Source: Chiloscyllium plagiosum (lineage: Eukaryota). Taken from it: a stretch of 51,779 nt of DNA. Below, piece after piece: positions 9,966 to 22,594 of the stretch (the first letter of the stretch is position 1; each line of letters opens with the position of its first letter). A program made the translations under genes and the position numbers. Location: assembly GCF_004010195.1 (NCBI RefSeq), contig NW_025215347.1, forward strand, positions 45,174-96,952, given 5' to 3'. The notes under the pieces were generated by a model that saw only the letters and a list, made by a program, of their open reading frames with translations, made no database searches and was not told where the DNA came from.

Positions 9966-12562
9966 AAATGTGTGCAGGCACCTACTCCTAACCCTACTCC
10001 AGATCAATGTGCAATATTGGCTTAAAACACAAAACAAAGCATTTCCCACAGCATGGCACTGCTTCTGAATCACACCAATACTGCAAGTCCCAGCCTGGAT
10101 TAGGTGGGACTTGAACCTTTAAACGTATAACCATTCGGCCCAATGAATATCCAGTGGGTGTGCTTTAGTCAGACCCCAGGAAAACCAGATGGTTTTCAGG
10201 AATAGAAACATTTGAAGACAAGATCTGATGTGTAAGGATGTCAATGTGCCTGCATGAGGGTCTGGTTAGGTGTCGATAAAGTCCCATTCCCCTTACAAGG
10301 CCACATTGGTTCCTGGTCTGGAAATGTCTTGGATTTTAAAATTCTTATCATTGTTTTCAAAGCCTTCTCGGGGCTCGTTCCTTGCCACTAAATGGGGGTG
10401 GGGGGGGGACTCACTTGTAGGAAAAATTAGAGAACCCGATTTAAAGGAGGAGGTAAGAGTGCAGAACTCAGGAGAGGTTATTAAAATCTCGGGCACAGAT
10501 AGGACAGTGTGTTTGGAAAGACAATGAGAAGAGGGATGGTTAATACAGGACTGAATGCACGCAGTAGAAGGAATAAGGTAAATGAGCTTGTGTTGCAGAT
10601 CGAAATTGGCAGATATGATTTGGTGGGCATCACAGAGACGTGGCTGCAAGGGATCAGGATTGGGAGCTGAATATTCAAGGATATACATTCTATTGAAAAG
10701 ATAGGTAGGTGGGCAGAGGGGTGGGGTCGCCTTATTGGAAAGAAATGAAATTAAATCAGTGGTAAGAAACAAACTAGGGTCAGATGGTGAAGAATTTGTG
10801 TGAGTAGAACTGAGGAATCGCAGAGGTTAAAAAAAAAAGTTGGAGTTATGCACAGGCATCCAAACAGTAGTCAGGAGCTGGGGTGTAAGATATGCCAGGA
10901 GTTAGAAAAGCAAAATTACAGTGATCATGGGAGATTTCAGTGTACAGGTGGACTGGGAAAATCAAGTTGGTAGTGGATTGCAAGGAAAGGAATTTGTGGA
11001 ATGTTTATGGGATTGGTTTTTGGAACATCTTGTGGTGAAGCCCACTAGGGAACAGGCAACACTGGATTTAGTGTTGTGCAATGAGGCAAACTTGATAAGG
11101 GAGCTTAAGGTGAAGGGACGCTTATACGGCAGTGATCATAATAACATTGTATTTTCTCTGAAATTTGAAAGGGAGGAGATAGAATCGGAGGTAACTGTAT
11201 TACAACTGAATCAAGGCACCTACGTAGGCATGAGGGAGGAGCTGGGTAGAATTGACCGGGAGAGGAGCCTAGCAGGAATGAGAGTGGAACAGCAATGGCA
11301 GGAGTTTCTGGGTGTAATTCAGGAGACATTCATCCCAAGGAAAAAGAAACTTGGTATAGGAAGGATGATACATTAATGGCTGACTAGGGAAATCGGGGAT
11401 AGCATAAAAGCAAGAGAGGAAGCATATAATGTGATGAAGGGCAGCAGGAAAGCACAGGATCGGGAAGCTTACAAAGATCAACAGAGGGTAACAGAAAAGG
11501 AAATAGGGAGGGAGAAGATTAAATATGAGGGCATTTAAAGAAATACTGTAAGAGTTTCATTAGGTGTATAAAGAGCAAAAGAGAGGCTGGAAAATGTTGC
11601 GGGAGAGATAGTGAACAAGGAAATGGCTATGGAACGGAACAATTACTTTGTGTCAGTCTTTGCAGTGGAAGACAAGAGTAATATCTGAAAAATTCAAGAG
11701 AGTGAAGGGCAGAGCTGAGTATGGTGGCCATCACCAAGGAAAAGGTGCTAGAAAAACTGAATGGTCTGAAGGGGATAATCACCTGGACCAGATAGACTAC
11801 ATCCTAAGGGACATAGCTGAAGAGACAGTGGAGGCATTAATTTTTCAGGAATTGGGAGAATCAGACAGAGTCTCAGATTCCTGGAAACTCACTAACGTGA
11901 CACCCGTGTTTAAAAAGGGAATAAGGCAAAAGATGGAAAATTATAGACCAATTAGCCTAACCTTGGTTGTGGGTAAGATCCTGGAATCCGTTGTAAAGCA
12001 TGAAATTTCTGAATATTTGGGAGTGTGTGTTAAGATAGGGCAAAATCAGCGTGGTTTCATCGAGGGGAGGTTATGCCTGACAAATCTGCGAGAATTCTTT
12101 GAGGAAATAACAAACAGGTTAGACCAAGGAAAGCCAATGAATGTTATCTAACTGGACTTCAAGAAGGCCTTTGACAAGGTGCTGTTCAAGAGGCTACTGT
12201 GTCAGACGCATGGACAGAGCTTGGCTGTCTGTCAAAATACAGAGAGTGGGGATAAAAGGGTCCTTCTCAGGATGGTAGCAGCTGACAAGTGGTGTTCCGC
12301 AAGGCTGAGTGTCAGGACCACAACTTTTCACTTTATACATTAATGATCTAGATGAAGGAACTGAAGGCATTCTGGCTAAGTTTGTAGACAATACAAAGAT
12401 AGGTAAAGGGTCAGGTACCATTGAGGAGGCTTGGAGGCTGCAGAAAGGTTTGGACAGGATAGGAGAGTGGGCAAAGAAGTGGTCAGATGGAGTACAGCAT
12501 GGGAAAGTGTTGAAGGCATACACTTTGGTGGGAAGAATAGAGGCATGGACTATTTTTAAAGA

Positions 12563-13460
12563 GAGTCATAGAGATGTACAGCATGGAAACAAACCCTTCG
12601 GTCCAACCCGTCCGTGCCGACCTGATATCCCAACCCTATCTAGTCCCACCTGCCAGCACCGGCCCATATCCCTCCAAACCCTTCCTATTCATATACCCAT
12701 CCAAATGCCTCTTAAATGTTGCAATTGTACCAACCTCTACCACATCCTCTGGCAGCTCATTCCATACANNNNNNNNNNNNNNNNNNNNNNNNNNNNNNNN
12801 NNNNNNNNNNNNNNNNNNNNNNNNNNNNNNNNNNNNNNNNNNNNNNNNNNNNNNNNNNNNNNNNNNNNNNNNNNNNNNNNNNNNNNNNNNNNNNNNNNNN
12901 NNNNNNNNNNNNNNNNNNNNNNNNNNNNNNNNNNNNNNNNNNNNNNNNNNNNNNNNNNNNNNNNNNNNNNNNNNNNNNNNNNNNNNNNNNNNNNNNNNNN
13001 NNNNNNNNNNNNNNNNNNNNNNNNNNNNNNNNNNNNNNNNNNNNNNNNNNNNNNNNNNNNNNNNNNNNNNNNNNNNNNNNNNNNNNNNNNNNNNNNNNNN
13101 NNNNNNNNNNNNNNNNNNNNNNNNNNNNNNNNNNNNNNNNNNNNNNNNNNNNNNNNNNNNNNNNNNNNNNNNNNNNNNNNNNNNNNNNNNNNNNNNNNNN
13201 NNNNNNNNNNNNNNNNNNNNNNNNNNNNNNNNCTCCAATTTTGGTGTCATCTGCAAACTTACTAACTGTACCTCTTATGCTTGCATCCAAATCATTTATG
13301 TAAATGACAAAAAGTAGAGGACCCAGCACTGATCCTTGTGGCACTCCACTGGTCACAGGCCTCCAGTCTGAAAAACAACCCTCCACCATCACCCTCTGTC
13401 TTCTACCTGTGAGCCAGTTCTGAATCCAAATGGCTAGTTCTCCCTGTATTCCATGAGATC
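12563..13460 (-). mobile_element. Younger CR1 nested antisense in the older CR1 (spans a gap)
   Basis: [24 protein letters not shown]...[10 protein letters not shown] on minus; 3' tail at 12563. Confidence 0.9.
12769..13232. other. Assembly gap (others at 24056-24346, 41905-41920, 46743-47581)
   Basis: N runs, each flanked by young retroelement sequence. Confidence 0.99.
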
Positions 13461-14204
13461 AAAGCGTCTTGGGAGTGCTAGTCTAGGATTCTCAAGGTAA
13501 ACTTGCAGGTTGAGTCAGTAGTTAGGAAGGCAAATGCAATGATGGCATTTATTTTGAGAGGACTTGAATATAAAAGCAGGGATGTACTTCTGAGGTTCTA
13601 TAAGGTTGGGGTCAGACCACATTTGAAGTATTGTGTGCAGTTTCGGGCCCAATTGCTTAGGAAGGATGTACTGGCCCTGGAGCGGGTTCATGAGAGTGGT
13701 CCCAGGAATGAAAAGCCTAACATATGAGGAACCTTTCAGGCCTTTGGGTCTATACTTGATGGAGTTTAGAAGGATGGGGGGAGGATCTTATTAAAACATA
13801 CAGAATACTGAATGGCCTGGACAGAGTAGATGTTGGGAAGATGTTTCCATTGGGAAGAGAGACTAGGACTCGAGGGCACAGCTTTAGAGTAAAGGGAAGA
13901 CACTTTAGAACAGAGATAAGACAGTGGTGAATCTATGGAATTCATTGCCACAGAAGGCTGTGGAATCCGGGTCATTGGGTATATTTAAGACTGACATAGG
14001 TTCTTGAATATCAAGGGGATCAACTGTTACGGGGAGAAAGTGGGAGAATAAGGTTGAGAAACTTATCAGCCATGATTTAAATGGTGGAGCAGACTCAATG
14101 GGCTGAATAGCCTAATTTCTGCTCCTATGTCATATGGTCTTAACATCATGACTGTGCCTCTGGTGAAGTTTTGGTGTTCTGTCCTGCTTGACACCAACGC
14201 TTCA

Positions 14205-14315
14205 GTGGAGGTACACTGATATTAGCTGGATTGGTGACGAAACGTCTACAAACAAACTTATCAGCTCAGCGAGCGCATCAACAACCTCACCCACAATCTG
14301 AACTACAAATCTTCT
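14205..14315 (+). mobile_element. pLTR remnant of a different Penelope-like family
   Basis: cactgat...ggtgacgaaacgtct degenerate hammerhead followed by cagctcagcgagc; family recognised from recall. Confidence 0.45.
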
Positions 14316-14364
14316 TGAATACAGTGAATTATACATAATCATGTCATTTTGCATATTAAAATTG

Positions 14365-14518
14365 ATCTTTCTCTGCACCTTCTCTGTAGCTGTAAAACTG
14401 TATTCTGCAATATGTTCTATTACTCTGGTTTACTTATGTAAGAAATAATTTGTCTGGTTTTCACACAAAACAATACTTTTCACTGTGTCTCCATACATAT
14501 GATAATAATAAATCAAAA
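14365..14518 (+). mobile_element. Rex1/Babar-like LINE 3' tail
   Basis: aaaacaatacttttcactgtg...aataataaatcaaa; reverse-similar to 23117-23260. Confidence 0.55.
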
Positions 14519-14992
14519 GGCACTACACAAATCCAAGTTGTAGCTGTTTCCTCTTGCCTTCATCTCTATCTCCTGACATTACAGCGTTATACCATCTCTG
14601 TGGTCAGTATTCTCAATTGTAAATTTAGCTCCCTCTTTGCTCTACCTCAAAGTGTGTGGTTTGTCTGTCCCTTCACCTGAGATTACAGAGGAGCTAGAGG
14701 AATTGGCTTGGAGAGTTGAATCTGGTTAATCCGATTTTCATTGTTGGTCTGGGCTTGGTCACGATATGTGCTTAAGGAATATTTAAGTTTGTGTTTTTTT
14801 TTTCTTTCACCAGTGACTTGTAGTTATTTATGGCTGTGGATTTATTTTTAAACCTATATCGATCAAAGGGAGGCTTTTTTCTGACATTAGCTCGCAATAA
14901 TATTTGCGCACTCGTATGAACGCGGTGCAGATGCCCCGGTTTGGTGGTCCGCTGTGAGGCTCTTCTGATAAAGTGGGTTATTAATGTAGCAG

Positions 14993-15208
14993 AGCTGAAA
15001 ATGTGTTGCTGGAAAAGCGCAGCAGGTCAGGCAGCATCCAAGGAACAGGAGAATCGACGTTTTGGGCACAAGCCCTTCTTCAGGAATTCAGGGTGAGGAC
15101 CAGTTCTCAATTGTAAATTTAGCTCCCTCTTTGCTCTACCTCAGTGTGTGGTTTGTCCGTTCCTTCACCTGAGCTTGCCTCCTGCCTACAAATCTTCAGA
15201 GATAAGAG
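14993..15208 (-). mobile_element. Mini Penelope pLTR insertion carrying a copy of local DNA
   Basis: 13-bp TSD attaatgtagcag at 14980-14992 and 15209-15221; pLTR at 14993-15088; 15104-15173 duplicates 14610-14681. Confidence 0.85.
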
Positions 15209-15289
15209 ATTAATGTAGCAGGAGTATCCCAGCAGGAATATCCCAGAGTCTGTGAGAGAGCAAAGGGAGTGGCGCTATCCATTACTTGG

Positions 15290-15700
15290 TCCTAGTGGTG
15301 GGAACTTGGCTGGTAGTCATATCGGGGATACAGCATTGAGGATTAGACTATGAGACGTAGGAGTAGGCCATTCAGCCCATCGATTCTGCTCCCTGCTTTT
15401 CAATGAGATAATAGCTGATCTGATAATCCTCAATTCAAATTTCCTGCCTTTCCCCAAAGCTCTTGATTCCCTTCCTCTTTAAAAATCTGTCTATCTCAGC
15501 CATGAATATACCCGAATGACCCAGTCTCGACAGCCCTCTGTATAAAGAATTCCTCGGATTCGCTCCCCTCAGACAGAGAAAATTCCTCCTCATCTCTGTC
15601 TTAAATCGGTAACCTCTTACTCTGAGATGATGCCTTCTGGTCCTAAATTGTTCCACAAGGGGAAACAACCTTTCCACATCGATCTGTCACATCCCTAAGG
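15290..15700 (-). mobile_element. CR1 3' end
   Basis: RLFPLVEQFRTRRHHLRVRG...KTEMRRNF remnant. Confidence 0.8.
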
Positions 15701-16066
15701 AAGCTGGTGTTATTGTTTTCTTCAGCCAGAGGCAGTTGTCACAGAGCAGGCTGGTGTTGTTGCCAAGGCAACCAGAAGGTGGGGCCTGAAGTCAATGGGG
15801 TTGGTCTGTCCAATGTCGGCAGAAATTGTTGCTGATTGCGGACTTGATGTTGGTGAAAATCTCTTGCATTTTGTTTTCAAACCTTCTAGCCCCCATTGAA
15901 CCTTCTTCAGCCCCACCAGCCTCTTTTATCTACCCTCTAACTCCATCTACCTGCCCCACTATTCAACAAGATCATGATCGATCTACCCCAAGCCTCAACC
16001 CATCTCAACATTGCTGTCACCTCTCTGATATTTCAAAAATCTGTTGACCGCTTCTTTAGATATTTC

Positions 16067-16845
16067 TAGAACTTTCATTGTTAACTACTTGAGCCTGAAG
16101 ACCCTTAATGTCTCTGCCTTTCTCTAACACTCTCTTTCTTTTCTTTTTAAAAACACGCCTTAAACCCACCTTTTACTTATTCAGCTTGATATCCAGTTTT
16201 GTTTGACAATGTCAAGAATTTTGAGTGTTTTGTTTTGCTAGTGCAGGTTAGGTGAATTGGCCATGCTAAATTGCCCATAGTGTTCAGGGATATGTAGGTT
16301 AGGGGCAAACTTAGAGGAAGGGATAGGAGAATCGGTCTGGGTGGGTTACTGTTCGGAGGGTCAAAGGGCCTGTTTCCACACTTTAGGAATTCTATGATAG
16401 TTTGCGGCTGCTTTGTAATTTGTGAGCTCTCGGTGGGGATGGAGGGAAGGTGAAAAGGAATAATAGAACTTTCATTGTTAACCGCTTGAGCCTGAAGACC
16501 CTTAATGTCTCTGCCTTTCTCTAACACTCTCTTTTCTTTTTAAAAACACGCCTTAAACCAACCTTTTACTCATTCAGCTTGATATCCAGTTTTGTTTGAC
16601 AATGTCGAGAATTTTGAGTGGTTTTTTTTTTGCTAATGCAGGTTAGGTGAATTGCCCATAGTGTTCAGGAATATGTAGGTTAGGGGCAAACTTAGAGGAA
16701 GGGATAGGAGAATCGGTCTGGGTGGGTTACTGTTCGGAGGGTCAAAGGGCCTGTTTCCACACTTTAGGAATTCTATGATAGTTTGCGGCTGCTTTGTAAT
16801 TTGTGAGCTCTCGGTGGGGATGGAGGGAAGGTGAAAAGGAATAAT
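16067..16845. repeat. Imperfect ~390-bp tandem duplication (L2 tail + HE1 fragment + unique DNA)
   Basis: 16067-16464 vs 16464-16845; copies differ by several substitutions and small indels. Confidence 0.9.
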
Positions 16846-18167
16846 GAAAAGGGATGGACTGAGAGAAAGTAAGTGAGTAAATGAAAGCGAGGGAGGGTAG
16901 GGCAAGAGAATTTTCTTGAAAAATTGAGAGGATGTGAAACTTGTGAACAAGCTGCCATTTTGGATAGCAGTGGGGGAGGAGGTCATGGGTGGAGGGAATA
17001 GGCCAAGCTTGGCACGGTGCCTTGTGGAGTTGCTGAGGCCAGAGATGAGTTTGGAAAAGCTGGTGCTGCCCACGTCTTTTCCTTTTGTCTCTGTAGTGCA
17101 ATGCTGTTTGGCTACAAGTGAAAATGTACTCTGCCAAGTTTACTTTTAGCTTTTATTTTTGTTCCACCCTCTAATCTCTCAACCACCAACATGTTTTCCA
17201 GGGCTGTGAGGAATCTCGTCATAAAGTGACCTTTGAGATGTGGTGGGTGTGTGGTTGGCGTGTGAGCAGTTTGTTTTTTTTTTGTGTTGCACACTAGCTC
17301 ATGTGACTGAAGCCTTGCAGCTAGGCCTTGGATCTATATGACCAAACATTTTTGATACGAGGTCGTCGGGGAAAGTGTTTAGATTCAGCCATCAGGAGTT
17401 GACAGACAGTAAGTTAGCTCCCAGCTGACATATTGTGGAATCTGTTCCCTCTTACCTGCTGTACCCCACGACAAGAAAAAGCCTAGGCCCAGGAGCCTGT
17501 CTCTACGAACAGGGAGCAGAGCTAATTGATGTACCCACAGAGAAGTCAGCTCGAGGGAGGGAGGCTTTCTGTAGGAGTGGCAGTGTTCAGGCCTGTGTTT
17601 TCTAAGTCTGAGTAATCCAGTGATCATACACCAACATCAGGGAGCAGGACAGTAATCAGCCCAGAATTCCAGAGTCTGTGTAATTAAAGATCTTTGGACC
17701 AAGACCGTGTTCTCCCGAAAATGAGGGTTGTCCACTCACCCATAAATTATCACTAAGTGCCTCTCTTAAAACACTGGCCTGTTGTTTTGGATTAGTTGAA
17801 GAATTTCGATTGCAATTGTTGGATGGTCATGGGGCTGGAGGACTTAGACTGGGAAGCAGGTCTTCCCTCTTTGTTTAGCTGCTGTGTCCTTCTGGAGGTT
17901 GGGAGGATGAGAGAGAGAGAGGTCAGAGTGCTCAGCGTTCCTTGTATTTGAGAATGACGCCAGTCAGGTTGTAGGATTCTAACCCGTGTCACTGAGCAGC
18001 ACTCCCTGACCCACAAACCTTTGGGCAGTTCATCTGTGAGGTAATGGGGCCCAGAGAGTAGGATCTGTCCAGTATCCTTCTGTGCTCCCCCACTCACCAT
18101 GAAGACATTGCAACTCTCAATGTGATGCAGCCCTCCATCGACAAGTTGGTGCCGTTTTGAACGATTA

Positions 18168-18785
18168 GAAATTAGCAGTAGGTCACTCGGCCCTTGGAAT
18201 CTGCCTCCCCGTTTAGTGTGATCATGGCTGATCATTCAATTCAGTCCCCTGTTCCCAGTTCTCCCCATTTCCGTTAATTTCTTTAGTCTTGAAAACAGGT
18301 AATCCTTGGCCTTCGTAGCAAGAGAATGCGACATACCATTTGCCTCCTTCACGGCCTGCTGCACCTGCATGCTTACCTTCAGCGATTGGTGTAATAGAAT
18401 ACTCAGGTCTCATTGCACCTCTTTATTTCTCAATTTTATCACCATCCAGATGATAATCTGCTTTCCTGTTCTTGCGACAAAAGTGGATAATCTCACATTT
18501 ATCCACATTGTACTGCATTTGCCCACCGACAGAGCCTGTTCAAATCACACTGAAACATCTCTGCAACCCCTTCACATCTCACCCTCCCTCCCAGTTCAGT
18601 GTTGTCTGCAAACTGATTAGTTCCCTCATTGAAATCATTAATATATATTGTGAATAACTGGGGTCTAAGCACTGATCAGCACTGTGTTAGGCTGCCACTC
18701 AGGGATCCCTGTGACAGGTCCTGCGGCCGGCCGCCACGCGGGGATCCCTGCGGCCGGCCGCCACTCAGTAAAAGACCTTATCGGT
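18168..18785 (-). mobile_element. Decayed, internally deleted CR1 fragment
   Basis: 3' tail plus RT pieces (gtggataatctcacatttatccacattgtactgcat; gtctgcaaact). Confidence 0.7.
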
Positions 18786-18789
18786 AGCA

Positions 18790-20520
18790 AATAAAAGCCA
18801 AAAGAACTGTGGATGCTGTAAATCTGAAACAAAATCAGGTGTTGCTGGAAAAGCTCAGCAGATCTGGCAACATCAGTGAAGAGAAATCAAAGTTAATGTT
18901 TCAGGTCCGGTGGCCCTTCATCAGGATTGATGGTAGCTAGGAAAATGTTGGTTTATATGCAGATGATGGATATAGAGCCCAAAGAGAGAGAACAGTTGGA
19001 CAGACAAAGGAATTAATAACCATCTGGTGAGGAGAGTGACGAGCTGTTAATGGAGACTGTTAGTGGCTGACAATAGGTAGTGTGTAATAGCAGACTGTGA
19101 TAACAAGGCCTGGTGTGTATGGTAGGGGGGGTGGGGTGGGACATAGCAAAGTTCAGGCCCTAAAATTGTTGAACTCCGTATTGAGTCCGGAGGGCTGCAG
19201 GGTCCCCAAGTGGAAAATGAGGTCTTGTTCTTTCAGTTTGCGCTGAGATTCACTGGAACACTACAGCAAGCCTGAGACAGTGATGTTGACCAGGGAACAG
19301 GGTGGGGTGCTGAAGTGGCAGGCAATTGGGAGCTCAGGGTCTTTTTTTTTTTTTTTGCAGGCAGACTGTGGATGTTCTGTGAATCAGTCACCCAGTCCAC
19401 GCTTCGTTTCCCCAGTGTAGAGGAGACCACATTGTGAGCAGCAAATGTAGTCGACTTGATTGTGAGAAGTGCAGATAAAGCACTGCCTCACCTGAAAAGG
19501 TATGTTTGAGCCCTTAGATACTGCAGAGGGAGGAGGTAAATGGGCAGTTGTTACAACCTCAGCGTTTGCAGGAGAAGGTACCATGGGTATGTGGGGAGGG
19601 TTGTGGGAGTGAAGGAAGAAGGTGGACAAGGGAGGACAGGAGAATGTGTCTGGTGGTGGTATCTCGTTGGAGATGGTGGAAATGGCGACTGATGACCTTC
19701 TGGATGTGCATGATGATGGGATGGTAGGTAAGAACAAGGGAATCCCCACCACTATTGTGGGAGGAAAGAGAGGAGGTGAGGGCAGAAGTGTGGGAAGTGG
19801 GTTGGACCCGGTTGATGGTCCTTTCAACAATGGTGCTGGGCAATTCTCGGTTGAGGAAGAAGGTGGTCATTTCAGAGGCTCCCTTGACGAACTTGGCCTC
19901 CCTGGAACATGTATGACGGAGATGGAGGAATTGGGACAATAGAATAGACTCTTTACAGGAAGCAGGGTTTTAGAACAGGTAGTCCGGTAGCTGAGAGTTG
20001 GTGGGTTTTTCGTGGATATTAGTGTCTGCCATGTAACACAACACCCTGTTCCCTGGCCAACATCTGTCTCAGGCTTACTGCAGTGCTCCAGCGAAGCTAG
20101 TCGCAAGCTGGAAGAACAACACTGTATTTTCCTCTTGGGGACCCTGCAGCCCTCTAGACTCAGCATTGAGTTTAATAAGTTTAGGACCTGAATTCTCCTA
20201 TGTCTTAGCCCCCAAACCTATGCACCAGGCCTTGTGTATAGTTTGCCATAACACACTACCTGTTAGCCACTATCCATCTCCATTAACAGCTATTCACCCT
20301 CCTAGCCAAATCGTTGTCAATTCCTTTGTCTGTCCAACTCGTCTTTTCCCTCTTTAGGCTCTCCGTCTATCATTTACTCCTTAACCCCTCCCCCTATATA
20401 AACCAACATTTTCCAAACTATCATTCATTCTGAGGAAAGGTTATCGAATCGAAGGGTTATCGAGATTTCTCTTCACAGACCTGCTGAGCTTTTCTAGCAA
20501 CTTCTGTTTTTGTTTCCAAT
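18790..20520 (-). mobile_element. Penelope-like element with inverted terminal segment
   Basis: Minus 18790-20030: RT C-terminus plus GIY-YIG (YICCSQCGLLYTGETKRGLGD) and pLTR; 20030-20520 is a diverged plus-strand copy of the same 3' end. Confidence 0.88.
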
Positions 20521-21077
20521 TGGTAGCAAGCTCCTCCTAGTCATTAGTATCATTGCTGCCAGGAAGTGCTTTTGAGTGACTCTGCAATATCTTCCCTTGG
20601 AACTTTTACAAAAGCTGGGGCTGTTGGGGGAATGGCCTTCGGATACAGTACTCAGTCTGGAGTTGAGTTGAGTCATCCATTCCTTGTTCTGCCAGATTGA
20701 TGGATTATCCCAGATTCATGGATATTTGGAGTGTAGGGTGTTCTGTCCTTATTGACAGAACGCTCCCGGAGATTGTTTGATGACTCTGGGACATCCCAAA
20801 ATGTTTCACAAGGACCTGGCATAAGTGCAGGAGCAGAACGTACAGATCATGGAACCTGCTCCACCATTCAATGCCATCATAGTTAATCTTGGGTTTCAGC
20901 TCAACTTCCTTTACACCTCCCCACAATTCTCTGAGACACCAAAACTCACTCTGTGGGCTTAATTGCATTTAACACCAGAGATTTCTTTACCCTCTGGATG
21001 ACTGGATTCCTCCTCATTCCCAGAAATGTCAACCTCTTTCATCTCATGTTTTGTTTTAAAATTCTAAATAAAGGGTA

Positions 21078-21482
21078 TCATAGTGTCATACAGCACAGAA
21101 ACAGGCCCTTCGGCCCAATTAGTCTGTGCCGAACAGACTTCCTGAACTGAACTAGTCCCATTTGCCTACGTTTGGCCCATGTCTCTCTGGACCTTTTCCT
21201 GTGCATGTACCTGTCCAAATGTCTTTTAAATGTATTTTACCTGCGTTTACCACTTTCTCTGGCAGCTGTTTCATATACGCACCATCCTCTGTGTGAAAAC
21301 GTTGTCCCTGAGGTTCCTTTTAAATCTTGTCCCTCTCACCTTAAACTTCTGGTTTTGCACTCCCCTATCTGGGGAAAAGACCTTGTCTATGTCTTTCATG
21401 ATTTCATTAACTCTATAAGGTCACTTCTCAGCCTGTTTTGCTCCAGGGAAGAAAGACGTTCCAGCCTTTCGATGTATGTCAA
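21078..21482 (-). mobile_element. CR1 3' end
   Basis: Typical 3' UTR and ORF2 end. Confidence 0.8.
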
Positions 21483-21489
21483 ATCACCA

Positions 21490-21637
21490 CCACCCCCTCT
21501 GACTGCCATTCCTGATGAAGGGCTTATGTCCTAAACTTTGATTCTTCTGCTCCTCGGATGCTGCCTGACCTATTGTGCTTTTCCCGTACCATACACTCGA
21601 CTCCGATCTTCAACATCTGCAGTCCTCACCTTCTCCT
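21490..21637 (+). mobile_element. Solo Penelope pLTR with degenerate hammerhead
   Basis: attcctgatgaagggcttatgtcctaaac...catctgcagtcctcac. Confidence 0.8.
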
Positions 21638-22080
21638 TACCAGAATGTTGCCTGGTATGGGGAATTTTAGCTATGAAGAAAGGTCGGATAGACTGGGTTT
21701 GTTTTCACTGGCATGCAGGAGGTTGCAGGGTGACCTTATAGAAGTTTATAAGGTAGTGAATGACATGGATAGAGTGGAAAATATGCAGCCTTTTCCCAGG
21801 GTGAAGGAGTCAATAGGGTACACAGGTTCAAGATGCAGGGTTGGGAGGAGTTTAAAAGAGATGTGTGAGGCAAGTTTTTTTACACAAAGGGTGGTGAGTG
21901 TCTGGAACATGCTGCCAGAGGAGGTGGTGAAAACAGACACAATAGAGCATTCAAGAAACACCTGAACAAATACATGAATAGGAAGGGAATGGAGGGATAC
22001 AGATCCTGTCAGTGCAGGCAGTTTTAGTATGGAAGGGCAGAATGTGTTGGCAGGTTTGGAGGGCCTGTTCTTTGTTCTAT
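21638..22080 (+). mobile_element. CR1 3' end
   Basis: TRMLPGM...YEERSDRLGLFSL...GDLIEVYK...FFTQRVVSVWNMLP. Confidence 0.88.
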
Positions 22081-22139
22081 CACTATTTATTTCCCCGAGT
22101 TCCCTAGCTTCTATGTCTTTCTCCACAGTAAATACTGAT

Positions 22140-22455
22140 GGGGGGACAGGTGTCACTGGAATATATTTGTTTCAGATCCTTGCCCCTTGAACTGAGTGGT
22201 TCTCTAGCCCATTTCAGAAGGCACTTAAGAACCAATCACATTGCTGAGGGTCTGGAGTCACATGTAGGCCAGACCAAGTAAGAATGACACATTTCCGCTC
22301 AAAGGACATGAATGAACCATTTATATCAGTCATAGTCACCATCATTGAGATTAAATGAATTTTCAATTTAATGAAATTAATTTAACTTACAATAGTGGAG
22401 TTTGGACATGTGATCCCAAGTTATTAACCTGGGCCTCTGGATTACCACTGTGCCA
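22140..22455 (-). mobile_element. Family B SINE
   Basis: gggtctggagtcacatgtaggccagacc core. Confidence 0.7.
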
Positions 22456-22594
22456 CCCTATTTTCCTTCATTCACAAAGGCTCAATTTTCTATGATATCC
22501 CCCGTGCTTCACAAACCTGACACATTGGAGTGAGAGTCCCTCTGCCTTCCTTGCCCAGGAGTATTCTGGGTAATGGTAGCTTATCAGGGCACCT

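Larger units (their letters stand above)
10420..14140 (+). mobile_element. Near-complete but decayed CR1 ORF2 (APE endonuclease + RT) with 3' UTR
   Basis: LNARS, YDLVGITETWL, IMGDF, LDLVL, GSDH (APE) then NYRPISLT, GPQLFTLYINDLD (RT); many stops and frameshifts. Confidence 0.92.

Noticed and set aside
12309..13392. Long ORFs crossing N runs (also 23658-24456 and 46686-47876)
   Set aside because: Their length is an artefact of assembly gaps.
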